From Cyanobacteria bacterium P01_D01_bin.156 (GTDB lineage: Bacteria; Cyanobacteriota; Cyanobacteriia; Phormidesmidales; Phormidesmidaceae), in the NCBI GenBank assembly GCA_039024555.1, contig JBCCQQ010000050.1:1-46215 (forward strand): a stretch of DNA of 46,215 nt, read 5' to 3'. Below are positions 1-9,462 of this stretch, piece after piece (position 1 is the first letter of the stretch; each line of letters starts with the position of its first letter). The notes beneath the pieces were generated by a model. That model searched no databases. It was given only the letters and a program-made list of their open reading frames with translations, and was not told where the DNA came from. A program made the position numbers and the translations under genes.

Positions 1-139
1 AGCGATGAATAATATCGCGAAAAAATGGAATCGACCGATTAAAGATTGGCGTGCTGCCTTGTCACATTTTGCTATTCTCTTCCCAGAACGCTTTTCTCTT
101 TAAGCAAACAAGCGTTTACACAAAATTCAGATCACTCTC
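1..139 (+). mobile_element. Right end of an IS256-family insertion sequence, including the terminal inverted repeat
   Basis: The transposase stop is followed by TTTACACAAAATTCAGATCACTCTC, which resembles IS256 right ends (TTACACAAAA...ACACTCY). The left end and target duplication are outside the window. Confidence 0.7.
2..103 (+). CDS. C-terminal end of an IS256-family transposase (runs off the left edge of the window)
   Basis: Frame 2 reads AMNNIAKKWNRPIKDWRAALSHFAILFPERFSL*, matching the typical IS256 C-terminus (KKW..PI..W..AL..FAI.F.ER). Not in the ORF track. Confidence 0.85.
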   Translation, partial: AMNNIAKKWNRPIKDWRAALSHFAILFPERFSL

Positions 140-149
140 TGCAGAACAC

Positions 150-191
150 TCCTAGCAGGATTCTCTTGACAATGAATTCAACCTGCCAGGA
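150..191. repeat. Imperfect inverted repeat downstream of mazG (terminator or relic of a palindromic element)
   Basis: TCCTAGCAGG...CCTGCCAGGA arms with 1 mismatch. Confidence 0.4.
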
Positions 192-239
192 TTGGACGTT
201 ACAGAGCCTGGATCACTAACCACCGCTTTGCCGCAAGCC

Positions 240-1061
240 TTACCCTTCCACGCCCTTACTCTCCGCAATCTTTTTCTTCGCCCGCTGCCACAATGTCTCT
301 AGCTCCTCAATACTATGCTCCTCAATAGGCTTTTCGGCGGCCTGCTCCAACAGTCCAAACCGCTGTACAAAGCGACGATTAGTTCCCTGTAGTGCTGCCA
401 CCGGGTCAATGTCACACCAGCGGGCCACCTGCAGCAGGCTAAACAACACATCTCCAAATTCCGCTGCCTGATTTTCAGGGCTTTCATGGGCCAGGGCATG
501 GCGAAATTCCCCCAGTTCTTCATCCACTTTTTCCCACACACCGTCCAGGGTTTCCCATTCAAACCCAGCCTTAGCCGCCTTTTTAGAAATTTTCATCGTA
601 GCCGTCATAGGTGGCAGAGTACGACCGTAGCCCGCTAGCTTTTCAGTAAGAGAGGTGGGTTTACCCTTTTCTGCAGCCTTGATGGCTTCCCAGCTCACCT
701 TCACATCCTCAGGTGTAGCAGCTTGATCGTCCCCAAACACATGGGGGTGGCGACGGACCATCTTTTCAGCAACTCCCTGGGCTACATCTCCCAAATTAAA
801 CTCATCCGTTTCACTAAAAATCTGGGACTGAAGCACCACCTGCAGCAGCAAATCGCCCAATTCTTCCGCAATATGCGCCCGATCTCCCTGCTGAATGGCA
901 TCCACCACCTCGTAGGCTTCTTCCAACACGTAGGGGGTCAGACTTTCTGGAGTTTGCGCCAAATCCCACGGGCAGCCACCATCCGGATTTCGCAGCTGGG
1001 CAACAATATCGATTAGGTGCTGTAGAGCGTCTAAAGTTTTAGCGTGCAGAGGACTGGCCAT
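240..1061 (-). CDS. mazG: Nucleoside triphosphate pyrophosphohydrolase MazG
   Basis: GCPWD..QT, EEAYE, EELGDLLLQV, RRHPHVF and a second MazG domain (GFEW...EE..E...EFGDVLF). Confidence 0.96.
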   Translation of the reverse strand: MASPLHAKTLDALQHLIDIVAQLRNPDGGCPWDLAQTPESLTPYVLEEAYEVVDAIQQGDRAHIAEELGDLLLQVVLQSQIFSETDEFNLGDVAQGVAEKMVRRHPHVFGDDQAATPEDVKVSWEAIKAAEKGKPTSLTEKLAGYGRTLPPMTATMKISKKAAKAGFEWETLDGVWEKVDEELGEFRHALAHESPENQAAEFGDVLFSLLQVARWCDIDPVAALQGTNRRFVQRFGLLEQAAEKPIEEHSIEELETLWQRAKKKIAESKGVEG

Positions 1062-1155
1062 GGCAAACGGTGGGGAAAGGCTACTTGCACGGTTGTAGCA
1101 GATATCTTCAAGTTTTTATGGCCAGGGTTAGAAGAATTTTTTTCAGACAGCTCTA

Positions 1156-1668
1156 CTACTTTTTGCGTCGCTGTTGACGCTTGAATGATGAGACTAACCA
1201 GTCACTGGTGTAATGGCTTAGGGCACCAAGCTCCAGCCCCACTAAGATTGCTAACCCTATTGGCCAATAACGCAGAGCCAGCTGTATCAATACCGGCTCC
1301 AACAAGGACCATGACAGCTGGGCTTGCCAAAAGTGATTGATGGCCACAATCCCTATTATGGTGAATAGGGCTATCCATAGAGCTAGATAAACCACTCGCA
1401 AAATCGTACCAATCAGTGGACCATGGGACCATACAGAACGGTGTTTTACAGCTACCTGGTAGGGATACCAAATCCAGCGAATAGGACCCCAGCGGCGATA
1501 TTGCACCGACTGGATATCTAAGTCAGGCCCCATCATGAAGCCCCCTATCAGAAACGCGATACTGACTAAAACGGTTAGAGCAATGTCGAGGGTGAGCATA
1601 AAGGCACCTGCAAGCACCACTGGCAAAAGCCACAGTGTAATTCGGTCGTGATTTTTTCCAGATGGCAT
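1156..1668 (-). CDS. Putative metal-binding membrane protein (DUF2227-like)
   Basis: MPSGKNHDRIT start, GPDLDI, W.PY...KHRS.WSHGP..GT..R and SHYTSD motifs. Start moved from 1740 to the ATG at 1668. Confidence 0.85.
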   Translation of the reverse strand: MPSGKNHDRITLWLLPVVLAGAFMLTLDIALTVLVSIAFLIGGFMMGPDLDIQSVQYRRWGPIRWIWYPYQVAVKHRSVWSHGPLIGTILRVVYLALWIALFTIIGIVAINHFWQAQLSWSLLEPVLIQLALRYWPIGLAILVGLELGALSHYTSDWLVSSFKRQQRRKK

Positions 1669-1872
1669 AGACACCTCGATTAGCCAGCAAGGGCACCGGG
1701 AATAAACTTCGGACGCTCTATTCCAAGCCCACAGTCTCATACCCCAGAAGCAAGCATTCGCCTAAAACCTCCAGCCAAGCTTAATAATACAAATGAATTA
1801 GTCCTTTTTTTGAGAAAAAGAATAGCTTATATACACCGTTGTCTGTTAACATCTATTTCTGTGCAAACACAT

Positions 1873-1945
<73 letters not shown>

Positions 1946-1989
1946 TACCTACTTTTAGTAAGTAGGCGTGGCAAATGCCGCATTGCCTT

Positions 1990-2062
<73 letters not shown>

Positions 2063-2429
2063 TATAGTATTGTTGTCAGTTCTGAAAGCTTTTCGGTTAC
2101 ACAAAAAGCGGAGCCTCTAAACAAGCTTTCATCATTTAAGAGTTCTCTTCACTTTGAGCTCAAACAATGCAGGCTAAAAGATTAGCATTCGCACCATTAT
2201 CTAATGGCTGTATGAGCATATAGCTCCTTGGATGGGTGGAGTTTCACAGAAAAATAAGATGTTAGATGGATAGACCCGTGCTTAAGCCATCTCATTATGC
2301 GGTTCTATGCTCACCTCAGAGGGGGCATAGATTGCCATCATCACATAATTAGTAACATAGTCACGAATGGCTGCCTGCCTTCATATGTCATTGACACGTA
2401 TCCCAGTCGCTCGACAAACTGAGCAAAAT

Positions 2430-3179
2430 CTAGCTTTCATTTTGATAAACATACAGCCAGAATTCCTCAAAAATCCTAAAGCTTTCAATTTCTTGCCTAG
2501 AGATTTCCTCAATCCAGCTATTTACAACCTCTGGCTTCAACATCCATAAACCTACAAGTTGATTCTTTCTCACTGCATCTAAATAGATACCCACGGGAAT
2601 CTCAACATGTTTGCCGAAACAACTTACATAAAGAGGTATTCTAAATGAATTAGAAGCTTCAAACCGACGGGTTGGTCGAGGTTCACTAAAGATACTTTCC
2701 CAATAACTGGATGCAATTTCCGGTAAGGGATAAGATTTTGCAGAACGAGAAGTTCTCTCGGCGATTACAAAAACCCCATTTTTACTAAGTGCAGGCTGCA
2801 GATGGGACAATGTAACCTCGTGCTCAAAGTAATGATAAGCAGATTTAACAAATATTAAATCAACACTACCCTTAGGAAGATCGGAAAGAACATCTAAAAC
2901 CTCACGACATTGAAATTCAACATTTGCATAGGGTATTGAATTTTTAGCAAGCTCAATTAGACTTGAATCAATATCTACCCCTAAAATTTTTGACTCTTGA
3001 AAGTTTGCACTTAATGCTGAAGTAGAAAGACCTGGGCCACAGGCTAAATCTAGAATGTACTCAGGCTGATAATTTAGAACAGTCTTTAGAACCTTGATTA
3101 ATTCTTTGTCATAGAAACCAAAAAGAGAGAATAGATCTTTATAAGTATCAGCATGAAATTGATCAATTGTTCTTTTCAA
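2430..3179 (-). CDS. Class I SAM-dependent methyltransferase
   Basis: Motif I ILDLACGPG, GVDID and VDLIF..SAYHYF. Likely TTG start at 3179, ~9 nt after AAGGAG and just past the upstream stop codon. AT-rich. Confidence 0.85.
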   Translation of the reverse strand: MKRTIDQFHADTYKDLFSLFGFYDKELIKVLKTVLNYQPEYILDLACGPGLSTSALSANFQESKILGVDIDSSLIELAKNSIPYANVEFQCREVLDVLSDLPKGSVDLIFVKSAYHYFEHEVTLSHLQPALSKNGVFVIAERTSRSAKSYPLPEIASSYWESIFSEPRPTRRFEASNSFRIPLYVSCFGKHVEIPVGIYLDAVRKNQLVGLWMLKPEVVNSWIEEISRQEIESFRIFEEFWLYVYQNES

Positions 3180-3183
3180 ATCA

Positions 3184-4221
3184 TTATTCTCCTTGCTTTG
3201 CCAGAAGCCTAAAAAATTGTGTTGAGGTCTCACACAAGATTTTCTTCGTATGATTACTACGCTTGTTCGACAAGAAATTTTTGCTGTAAATCTTTGAAAG
3301 ATACTTAATTCCGTTATCACAAAGTACGGTTACCACCATACTCTCTTGATTTAAGAGGCTAGCGACCCTTGTCGCTGCAGTTACATTGATTCCACTACTA
3401 CCTCCTAGGAGTAGTCCTTCACACTTTGCCAAGTCATGGCAGGTGGAAATTGCATCATGGTCTGAAACTTGTATCACTTCATCAATGACAGAAAAGTCCA
3501 GGCATTGGGTCGGCTTGCTCTTACCGGAGCCTTCAATAATGGATGAGTTTTTCCTATCCACTTGATAGGATGAATCATTTCTTAAGTAACCGTTGTAGTA
3601 GTAATCGTAAATATTAGAACCTATTGGATCTGCTAAAACAACTTTAATTCTTGGATTTTTATCCTTTAAATATCTTCCCGTCCCTGATATGCAACCAAAA
3701 GTCGAGCCCGTCATAACAAAATGAGTGATCTTACCTTTTGTATTCTTCCAAATTTCCGGCCCTAGGGTCTCGTAGTAAGCTATTGGATTCTGAGGATTAT
3801 TGTATTGATCTACATTAAAGTATCCGTTCTCCCTAGCAAGTTTATCTCCAAATGCCATGTAGTCTTCATCTTCATTAACTACAATGAGTTGAGCATTTAA
3901 GGCTTTGATATGATTCTGTTTCTCTAGACTACATTTGCTGGATGTCACAATAATAACCGAATAGCCTCTCACAGCCCCCAACATGGCAAAACTACACCCT
4001 GTATTGCCACTTGAAGCGCAAACAATGGTATCTCCTTTTTTTAGATGTTTTTTCGCCTCTGCAACGTTGAGAATGTGACTAGCAATTCGGTCTTTCATGC
4101 TAGCTCCTGGATTCAGAAACTCACATTTAGCATATAGTTTTGCTGATCTCTTCCCTACCAAGAAAGATAGATCGATCAGTGGAGTGTTACCAATTAAATC
4201 GACGACTTTTGGTATGTTCAT
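3184..4221 (-). CDS. PLP-dependent cysteine synthase / cystathionine beta-synthase family enzyme
   Basis: IGNTPL, KCEFLNPGASMKDR (PLP lysine), SSGNTG, DQYNNPQN, EGLLLGGSSG, CDNGIKYLSK. Confidence 0.92.
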   Translation of the reverse strand: MNIPKVVDLIGNTPLIDLSFLVGKRSAKLYAKCEFLNPGASMKDRIASHILNVAEAKKHLKKGDTIVCASSGNTGCSFAMLGAVRGYSVIIVTSSKCSLEKQNHIKALNAQLIVVNEDEDYMAFGDKLARENGYFNVDQYNNPQNPIAYYETLGPEIWKNTKGKITHFVMTGSTFGCISGTGRYLKDKNPRIKVVLADPIGSNIYDYYYNGYLRNDSSYQVDRKNSSIIEGSGKSKPTQCLDFSVIDEVIQVSDHDAISTCHDLAKCEGLLLGGSSGINVTAATRVASLLNQESMVVTVLCDNGIKYLSKIYSKNFLSNKRSNHTKKILCETSTQFFRLLAKQGE

Positions 4222-4610
4222 CGTTACCCTTTATCTAATTCAAGGTGAATCGTATTAATCTGACCTACTAGCACTTGTCCAAATCGCCTAAAGAATCAGT
4301 TATTCACTATACAAAATCGCAAGCTTTTACTCGTATAGTGAACTATGAAATAGCTTACTCAAGCCCAAAAAATTACCTGACTGTCAATCAACTTATCCTA
4401 TGGACATTTGAGCGTGCAGGTAAATCTCTCAGAGCACACGTAATTGCACACTTAACCCACTTTAATCTGTTGCCTCAAAAAGCGACAAAAAGCTGGACTA
4501 ATAAAGAAACGGCAAAACATCTAAAGCGCCACATTTAGCTGAAAATTACTATTAAAAGACTATTTTAGCAAGTGTTAAAGGTGACTTATTGCTCATGAGT
4601 TGGTGAGACA

Positions 4611-4626
4611 CTCATTAATTAATGAG
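4611..4626. promoter_or_regulatory. Perfect 16-bp palindrome in a divergent promoter region (candidate operator)
   Basis: CTCATTAATTAATGAG, 87 bp upstream of the MscS gene. Confidence 0.35.
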
Positions 4627-4712
4627 GTAGTTTGTAACTTTTATATAGCATTGCTTGTAATCTCTGTTTGGAAATGGAACAATTTTCCTAAACCTAGGAA
4701 CTTTTCCCTGCT

Positions 4713-6194
4713 ATGAACAGAGTGTTGTTGGGATGGCTGCTCTTCTTGGGTCTGGGTCTGCCAATACTAGGCCTTTTGTTAAATGAGCTGTCAGAGCGGT
4801 TGAGGCAACGCCAACCTGCATTGTCGTCAGCACTGCAAAAAGTTTATCGGTACGTATTGCCATCCTTGGCTGTACTACTGGTAATGCGTCAATTGCTAAA
4901 AGTTTCTAGCGAGCAAGGCTCAAGTCGTTTAGTTGAAACGGTGACTTGGGTTGCGATTATTGTAGCTGGCGTATCTTTGATCAATGCAATATTCACGACG
5001 TCTGATCAATCTATCCAACGCCAGCTAAGGGTACCAAACCTGTTTTTTCAGGTAGCTCGCTCCGTTATGGTACTTGCCATTGGATTTCATATAATTGGCG
5101 GTGTATGGGCTGTTGATTTGAGCGGGATTATAACAGCCGTAGGTGTCAGCTCATTGGTTGTTGCATTAGCGCTCCAAGATACTCTCAGCAACTTGGTTTC
5201 GGGATTACTATTGCTAATTGCTAAGCCCTTTAAGGTGGGCGATTGGATTATTTTTAATGGCGTTAAAGGACGTGTTATTGAACAGAATTGGTGGGGAGTG
5301 ACCTTAGAACATCGTGGTTGGCAAAAAACAATTTCTGTGCCGAATGGTGCTTTATCTAAAGCAACGATTGATAATTTTGGCAATGATGGCTTCTGGTACA
5401 GCGTTGAAGTTGAATTTTCTTATGAAGATCCGCCTAATCGAGTCCTAGCTGCCTTGAATGGATTAAATCGTGGATTTAAAGAACTAGAACTTGATCAATT
5501 TTTATATGATTTAAATCTTTATGTTGGTATCCAGGAGTTTGGCGCTTCTGGCATTAAATATGTTGTTTGGTACAAGAGAACTGCTGACCGTAAAAACAGA
5601 TTGTTTAAGAACTACTTTCTATCGCGTATCTACCATATGGCTCAGCGTGAGGGATTTACGATCCCCTATCCAATTTCTGTGCAGTATAAGATTGATGCCG
5701 TTGGTGGTGTGCCAGCCCAAATGCCTCAGGTATCTATAAATCGTGAAGGTGAGATTGCTAACTACTTACGCTCCTTACCTTATTTTTTGAGTCTAGATCA
5801 AGAAGACATTAACGACCTAGCCCATAAGATTCAAGTTAAGGAGTATGGATTAGATGAGGTAATTGTCCAAGCAGGCAAACCGGATGAAGGATTTTATATT
5901 GTTTATCGTGGTCAAGCAAGGATTCTAGCTACATCGGGTCTAGAAAACCCAGGTATTTTGAAAGAGGGAGACTCCTTTGGAGAAATGGCATTGTTCCCTG
6001 GCGAGGTTAGTCCCGTGACTGTGATCGCTAATACAGACGCGGAACTCTTTCTGATAGAGACGTCCATGATGGTTAAGCTAATTCAAAATAGATCGAAATT
6101 TGGGTTTGAGATGATTCGTTTTATTGACAGTAAAAAGCGAAGCTTTGACCAAACCTACAAGCTTAATGGACATGCTAAATCAAGTGTTTCTTAG
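4713..6194 (+). CDS. MscS-family mechanosensitive channel with C-terminal cyclic-nucleotide-binding domain
   Basis: Several TM helices, ALQDTLSNLVSG...KPFKVGDWI and VPN; C-terminal FYIVYRG...GDSFGEMALF. Confidence 0.92.
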   Translation: MNRVLLGWLLFLGLGLPILGLLLNELSERLRQRQPALSSALQKVYRYVLPSLAVLLVMRQLLKVSSEQGSSRLVETVTWVAIIVAGVSLINAIFTTSDQSIQRQLRVPNLFFQVARSVMVLAIGFHIIGGVWAVDLSGIITAVGVSSLVVALALQDTLSNLVSGLLLLIAKPFKVGDWIIFNGVKGRVIEQNWWGVTLEHRGWQKTISVPNGALSKATIDNFGNDGFWYSVEVEFSYEDPPNRVLAALNGLNRGFKELELDQFLYDLNLYVGIQEFGASGIKYVVWYKRTADRKNRLFKNYFLSRIYHMAQREGFTIPYPISVQYKIDAVGGVPAQMPQVSINREGEIANYLRSLPYFLSLDQEDINDLAHKIQVKEYGLDEVIVQAGKPDEGFYIVYRGQARILATSGLENPGILKEGDSFGEMALFPGEVSPVTVIANTDAELFLIETSMMVKLIQNRSKFGFEMIRFIDSKKRSFDQTYKLNGHAKSSVS

Positions 6195-6246
6195 CCAGAG
6201 AAAACTATTTGAAATTTGCTATTAGCAAACATGACATAGGATAGCA

Positions 6247-8361
6247 ATGTTAAATCGACTCCGCATTAAATCTAAGCTGATGGCCCTATTATTGGGAGTG
6301 AGCATCGGTTCGTTATTAGTGGGCGGTACTCTTAGCTGGTTGCGCTTTCGGCGTGAATTTCAGCATCAGGTGTTTGATCATCTCACCAGTGTCCGAGCTT
6401 CGAAGGGTACTCAGATTGAGGCTTACATCAAAGGGGTGCGGGATCAGCTAGAAATTCTAGGGGAAGACCGCACTGTGGTATCGGCCATGGTGGAATTTAA
6501 CGCGGCCTACCGGGGACTCCAAAATGAAGTGATTCCCAATGAGTGGATAGAAACCATTGAGACCTACTATGCTCGTGAGTTCTTACCTGCCCTAGCCGAA
6601 AACGTAGCAGGACCACAGATTGTTTCTAACTATCGACCGCTGACTCAAGCAGGTCAATATCTGCAGTACAACTATCTCATTAACAATATTGATATAGAAG
6701 AAGACACTAATTTAGCCGTTGAAACGGATACCAGCGTCTACGCTCAACACCATGCTAACTACCATCCAATCTTTCAGAATTTGATCGATAAGTATGGCTA
6801 TGACGACCTTTACCTGATCAATTTTGATAGCGGTGAGATTATCTATTCTGTTAATAAACAACCTGACTATGCCACGAGTCTAGACCGTGGCCCCTATCGA
6901 CGCAGCGGCTTAGCTAAAGTGGTCGAAGCGGTGCGCAACAATCCGGGCCGTGGCTTTGTTCAGGTGGTGGACTTTGAACCCTATGTTCCTCGAAAAGCAG
7001 TACCAGTAGCCTTTTTTGCCGCGCCTATTTTTAATGGGCCTCATATTGTGGGCATTGTTGCCATACAGCTCCCCCCCGCTCGGCTCAACGATATTCTGGT
7101 GGGAACCCAAGCCTGGGAAGATGAAGGTTTGGGGGAGACCGGTCAGGTTTATGTAGTGGGTGATGACAGGTTGATGCGCTCGGTGTCGCGGGAGCTGTTA
7201 GAGGATGCGGACACCTATCGAGAAACCTTGAGGAAAGTGGGCCTTTCTTCTGAAACGGTAGACCTGGTGTATAACCTCAACACATCAGTCCTGCTACAGC
7301 CTGTGGATACGGTCGCTACTCAAGAGGCCATGTTGGGCGAATCGGCCACTAAAATTATTCAGGATTATCAGGGGAAATCGGTCTTAAGTGCCTATGCTCC
7401 CCTAAAACTTGAGGGCCTGCGCTGGGCTATTTTGGCGGAAATAGATAAGGCTGAAGCCCTGGGGCCAATTACAATGATGCAGATTTACATGTCTACAGCA
7501 GGGGTCATCATTGTTTTGTCAGTGGCTTTGTTATCAGGGTTTATTGCCCAGGCATTTGCCCGCCCGGTAAATCGGTTAATTAAAGCCAGTGAACAGCTGG
7601 AAGCAGGTGAATCGGCCATTGATGTGCCTGTGAAGGGCACTGATGAATTTGCCCAGCTGGGTAAACTGTTTCAGAAATTAGCGCAACAATTTAATGGTCA
7701 AACCCAACTGCTGGAAGAAAAAGGATTAGAAACTGAAAGTTTGTTAAAGAATATTTTGCCTGAGTCGGTGATTGATCGATTTCGTCAGGGAGAAGACCCG
7801 ATTACCAATACAGTCCAGCAGGCAACGATTCTGGTAGTCAGGGTTTTGGGCCTGGACCAATCTTCATTATCGGAAACAATTACCACGGCATTTAGTGCCC
7901 TGGTCAGTGAGTTTGGTAAGCTAGCAAAACAGTTTGGCCTAGAGTCGCAAGGGATGGCAGATAATACTTATATGGCCGTCTGTGGGCTATCGGAAGTGTA
8001 TTTTGATCACAACCAGAGAACTCTCAATATGGCTCAGGAAATGTTGAGGGTTCTCGCTACAGTTAATGACCGCTACTCTGTAAACCTAAGCATGAAAGTG
8101 GGTATTCATACTGGCTCCTTTGTGGCGGGTGTGGTGGGGTCTAAACCCTTTACTTACAGGCTTTGGGGAGAAACCGTTAGAATCGCCACGCAGCTGCCTG
8201 AGCAGGCAGAATCCAATCAGATTGTTGTTACTCAGCCGATCTATGAACGCTTAAAGGAGCGTCATCAGTTGTTGTCCCATGGTGCGGTTACAACCGAAGG
8301 TATGGAGATGCCAACATGGCATTTAGTCACCGATAAGGTCCCGGTAGGCTCTTCTATCTAA
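6247..8361 (+). CDS. Membrane sensor: Cache-like periplasmic domain, HAMP and a degenerate class III nucleotide cyclase domain
   Basis: Two TM helices, YYDLYLI-type and GLGETG.VY.VG.D.LMRS motifs, HAMP DEFAQL, cyclase MKVGIHTG...GVVG...LWGETV. Confidence 0.88.
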   Translation: MLNRLRIKSKLMALLLGVSIGSLLVGGTLSWLRFRREFQHQVFDHLTSVRASKGTQIEAYIKGVRDQLEILGEDRTVVSAMVEFNAAYRGLQNEVIPNEWIETIETYYAREFLPALAENVAGPQIVSNYRPLTQAGQYLQYNYLINNIDIEEDTNLAVETDTSVYAQHHANYHPIFQNLIDKYGYDDLYLINFDSGEIIYSVNKQPDYATSLDRGPYRRSGLAKVVEAVRNNPGRGFVQVVDFEPYVPRKAVPVAFFAAPIFNGPHIVGIVAIQLPPARLNDILVGTQAWEDEGLGETGQVYVVGDDRLMRSVSRELLEDADTYRETLRKVGLSSETVDLVYNLNTSVLLQPVDTVATQEAMLGESATKIIQDYQGKSVLSAYAPLKLEGLRWAILAEIDKAEALGPITMMQIYMSTAGVIIVLSVALLSGFIAQAFARPVNRLIKASEQLEAGESAIDVPVKGTDEFAQLGKLFQKLAQQFNGQTQLLEEKGLETESLLKNILPESVIDRFRQGEDPITNTVQQATILVVRVLGLDQSSLSETITTAFSALVSEFGKLAKQFGLESQGMADNTYMAVCGLSEVYFDHNQRTLNMAQEMLRVLATVNDRYSVNLSMKVGIHTGSFVAGVVGSKPFTYRLWGETVRIATQLPEQAESNQIVVTQPIYERLKERHQLLSHGAVTTEGMEMPTWHLVTDKVPVGSSI

Positions 8362-8404
8362 TGTTTAGATTCAACTTTTAGGCACTCATTCAAGCGTTTC
8401 TCCA

Positions 8405-9460
8405 ATGATTTCTCGAATCGTCTCTAAACTGAAGTCAAATCGATTTAGAAAGATAGCGGCCCTAGTCGTTTTATTCTGTTTGGCAATACTGGCTGCCGTG
8501 GGTGTGACCCAATTCTGGCAACAGCGCCCGGTTACACAAACACCTGGAGCGGCGGTGGCGGCTGAAACTGTTCTGTCAGCCGAACCGATCAGACCGATTC
8601 CGCTCAGTGTGGAGCTGGATCAAGACCGGGTACAGCTGGGCGATCAGCTGTTTCACGATCCCCGTATGTCAGCGGACAATACGGTCTCCTGCGCCACTTG
8701 CCATGCATTGGATAAAGGGGGGACCGATCGTAAGGCGATTTCCATTGGCATGGCGGGCGGCAATACGGGGCTGAATTCTCCCACGGTCTTTAATACCGGC
8801 TTTATGCACCGGTTGAACTGGGATGGCAGCGCTGAAAGTTTAGAAGAACAGGCTAAAGGCCCCATTGCCTCGGTGGGGGAAATGGGTGGCATGACCTGGC
8901 AGGATGTGGTGCGTAAGGTGGGTAAGGAGGCGGCCTATCGAGATGGGTTTGCCCAGGCCTACGAGGATGGGATTACACCGGAGAATATTCGCGATGCGAT
9001 CGCAACATTCCAGCGGTCTCTCTACACGCCCAATGCCCCCTTTGACCAATACCTACGGGGTCAAAAGGATGCCATTTCGGACGAGGCCAAGGCCGGGTAC
9101 GACCGGTTTAAGTCCTACGGCTGTGTTAGCTGTCACCAGGGCATGTTGGTGGGGGGCAATATGTTCCAAACCCTGGGCATTTTTGGAGATTATTTTGCGG
9201 ACCGGGGTACGCCCGTTACCAAAAAAGATTTAGGCCGCTACAACGTCACCAAAAATGAGCTGGACATGCATGTGTTCAAAGTGCCCACCCTGCGCAACAT
9301 CACCCTGACGTCTCCCTACTTCCACGACGGCAATCCTAAAACCCTGGATGAGGCCATTAAACTCATGGGCAAATACCAGCTGGGTGTGGACATTCCCCAG
9401 GAGGATGTGGACTTGATTATGCAGTTTTTACAGTCCTTGACGGGTGAAATTCAGGAGTAG
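8405..9460 (+). CDS. Diheme cytochrome c peroxidase (CcP/MauG family)
   Basis: CATCH and CVSCH heme motifs, LFHDPRMS, NSPTVFN, WDG, FKVPTLRNI..T.PYFHDG; N-terminal anchor. Confidence 0.93.
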   Translation: MISRIVSKLKSNRFRKIAALVVLFCLAILAAVGVTQFWQQRPVTQTPGAAVAAETVLSAEPIRPIPLSVELDQDRVQLGDQLFHDPRMSADNTVSCATCHALDKGGTDRKAISIGMAGGNTGLNSPTVFNTGFMHRLNWDGSAESLEEQAKGPIASVGEMGGMTWQDVVRKVGKEAAYRDGFAQAYEDGITPENIRDAIATFQRSLYTPNAPFDQYLRGQKDAISDEAKAGYDRFKSYGCVSCHQGMLVGGNMFQTLGIFGDYFADRGTPVTKKDLGRYNVTKNELDMHVFKVPTLRNITLTSPYFHDGNPKTLDEAIKLMGKYQLGVDIPQEDVDLIMQFLQSLTGEIQE

Positions 9461-9462
9461 CG

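Noticed and set aside
3180..3320. N-terminal extension of the methyltransferase ORF overlapping the PLP enzyme, suggesting a frameshift fusion
   Set aside because: An AAGGAG RBS and an in-frame TTG at 3179 directly after the upstream stop explain it as ordinary translational coupling.
4275..4538. 87-aa ORF in the divergent intergenic region
   Set aside because: TTG start, no RBS and no recognisable motif; probably spurious.
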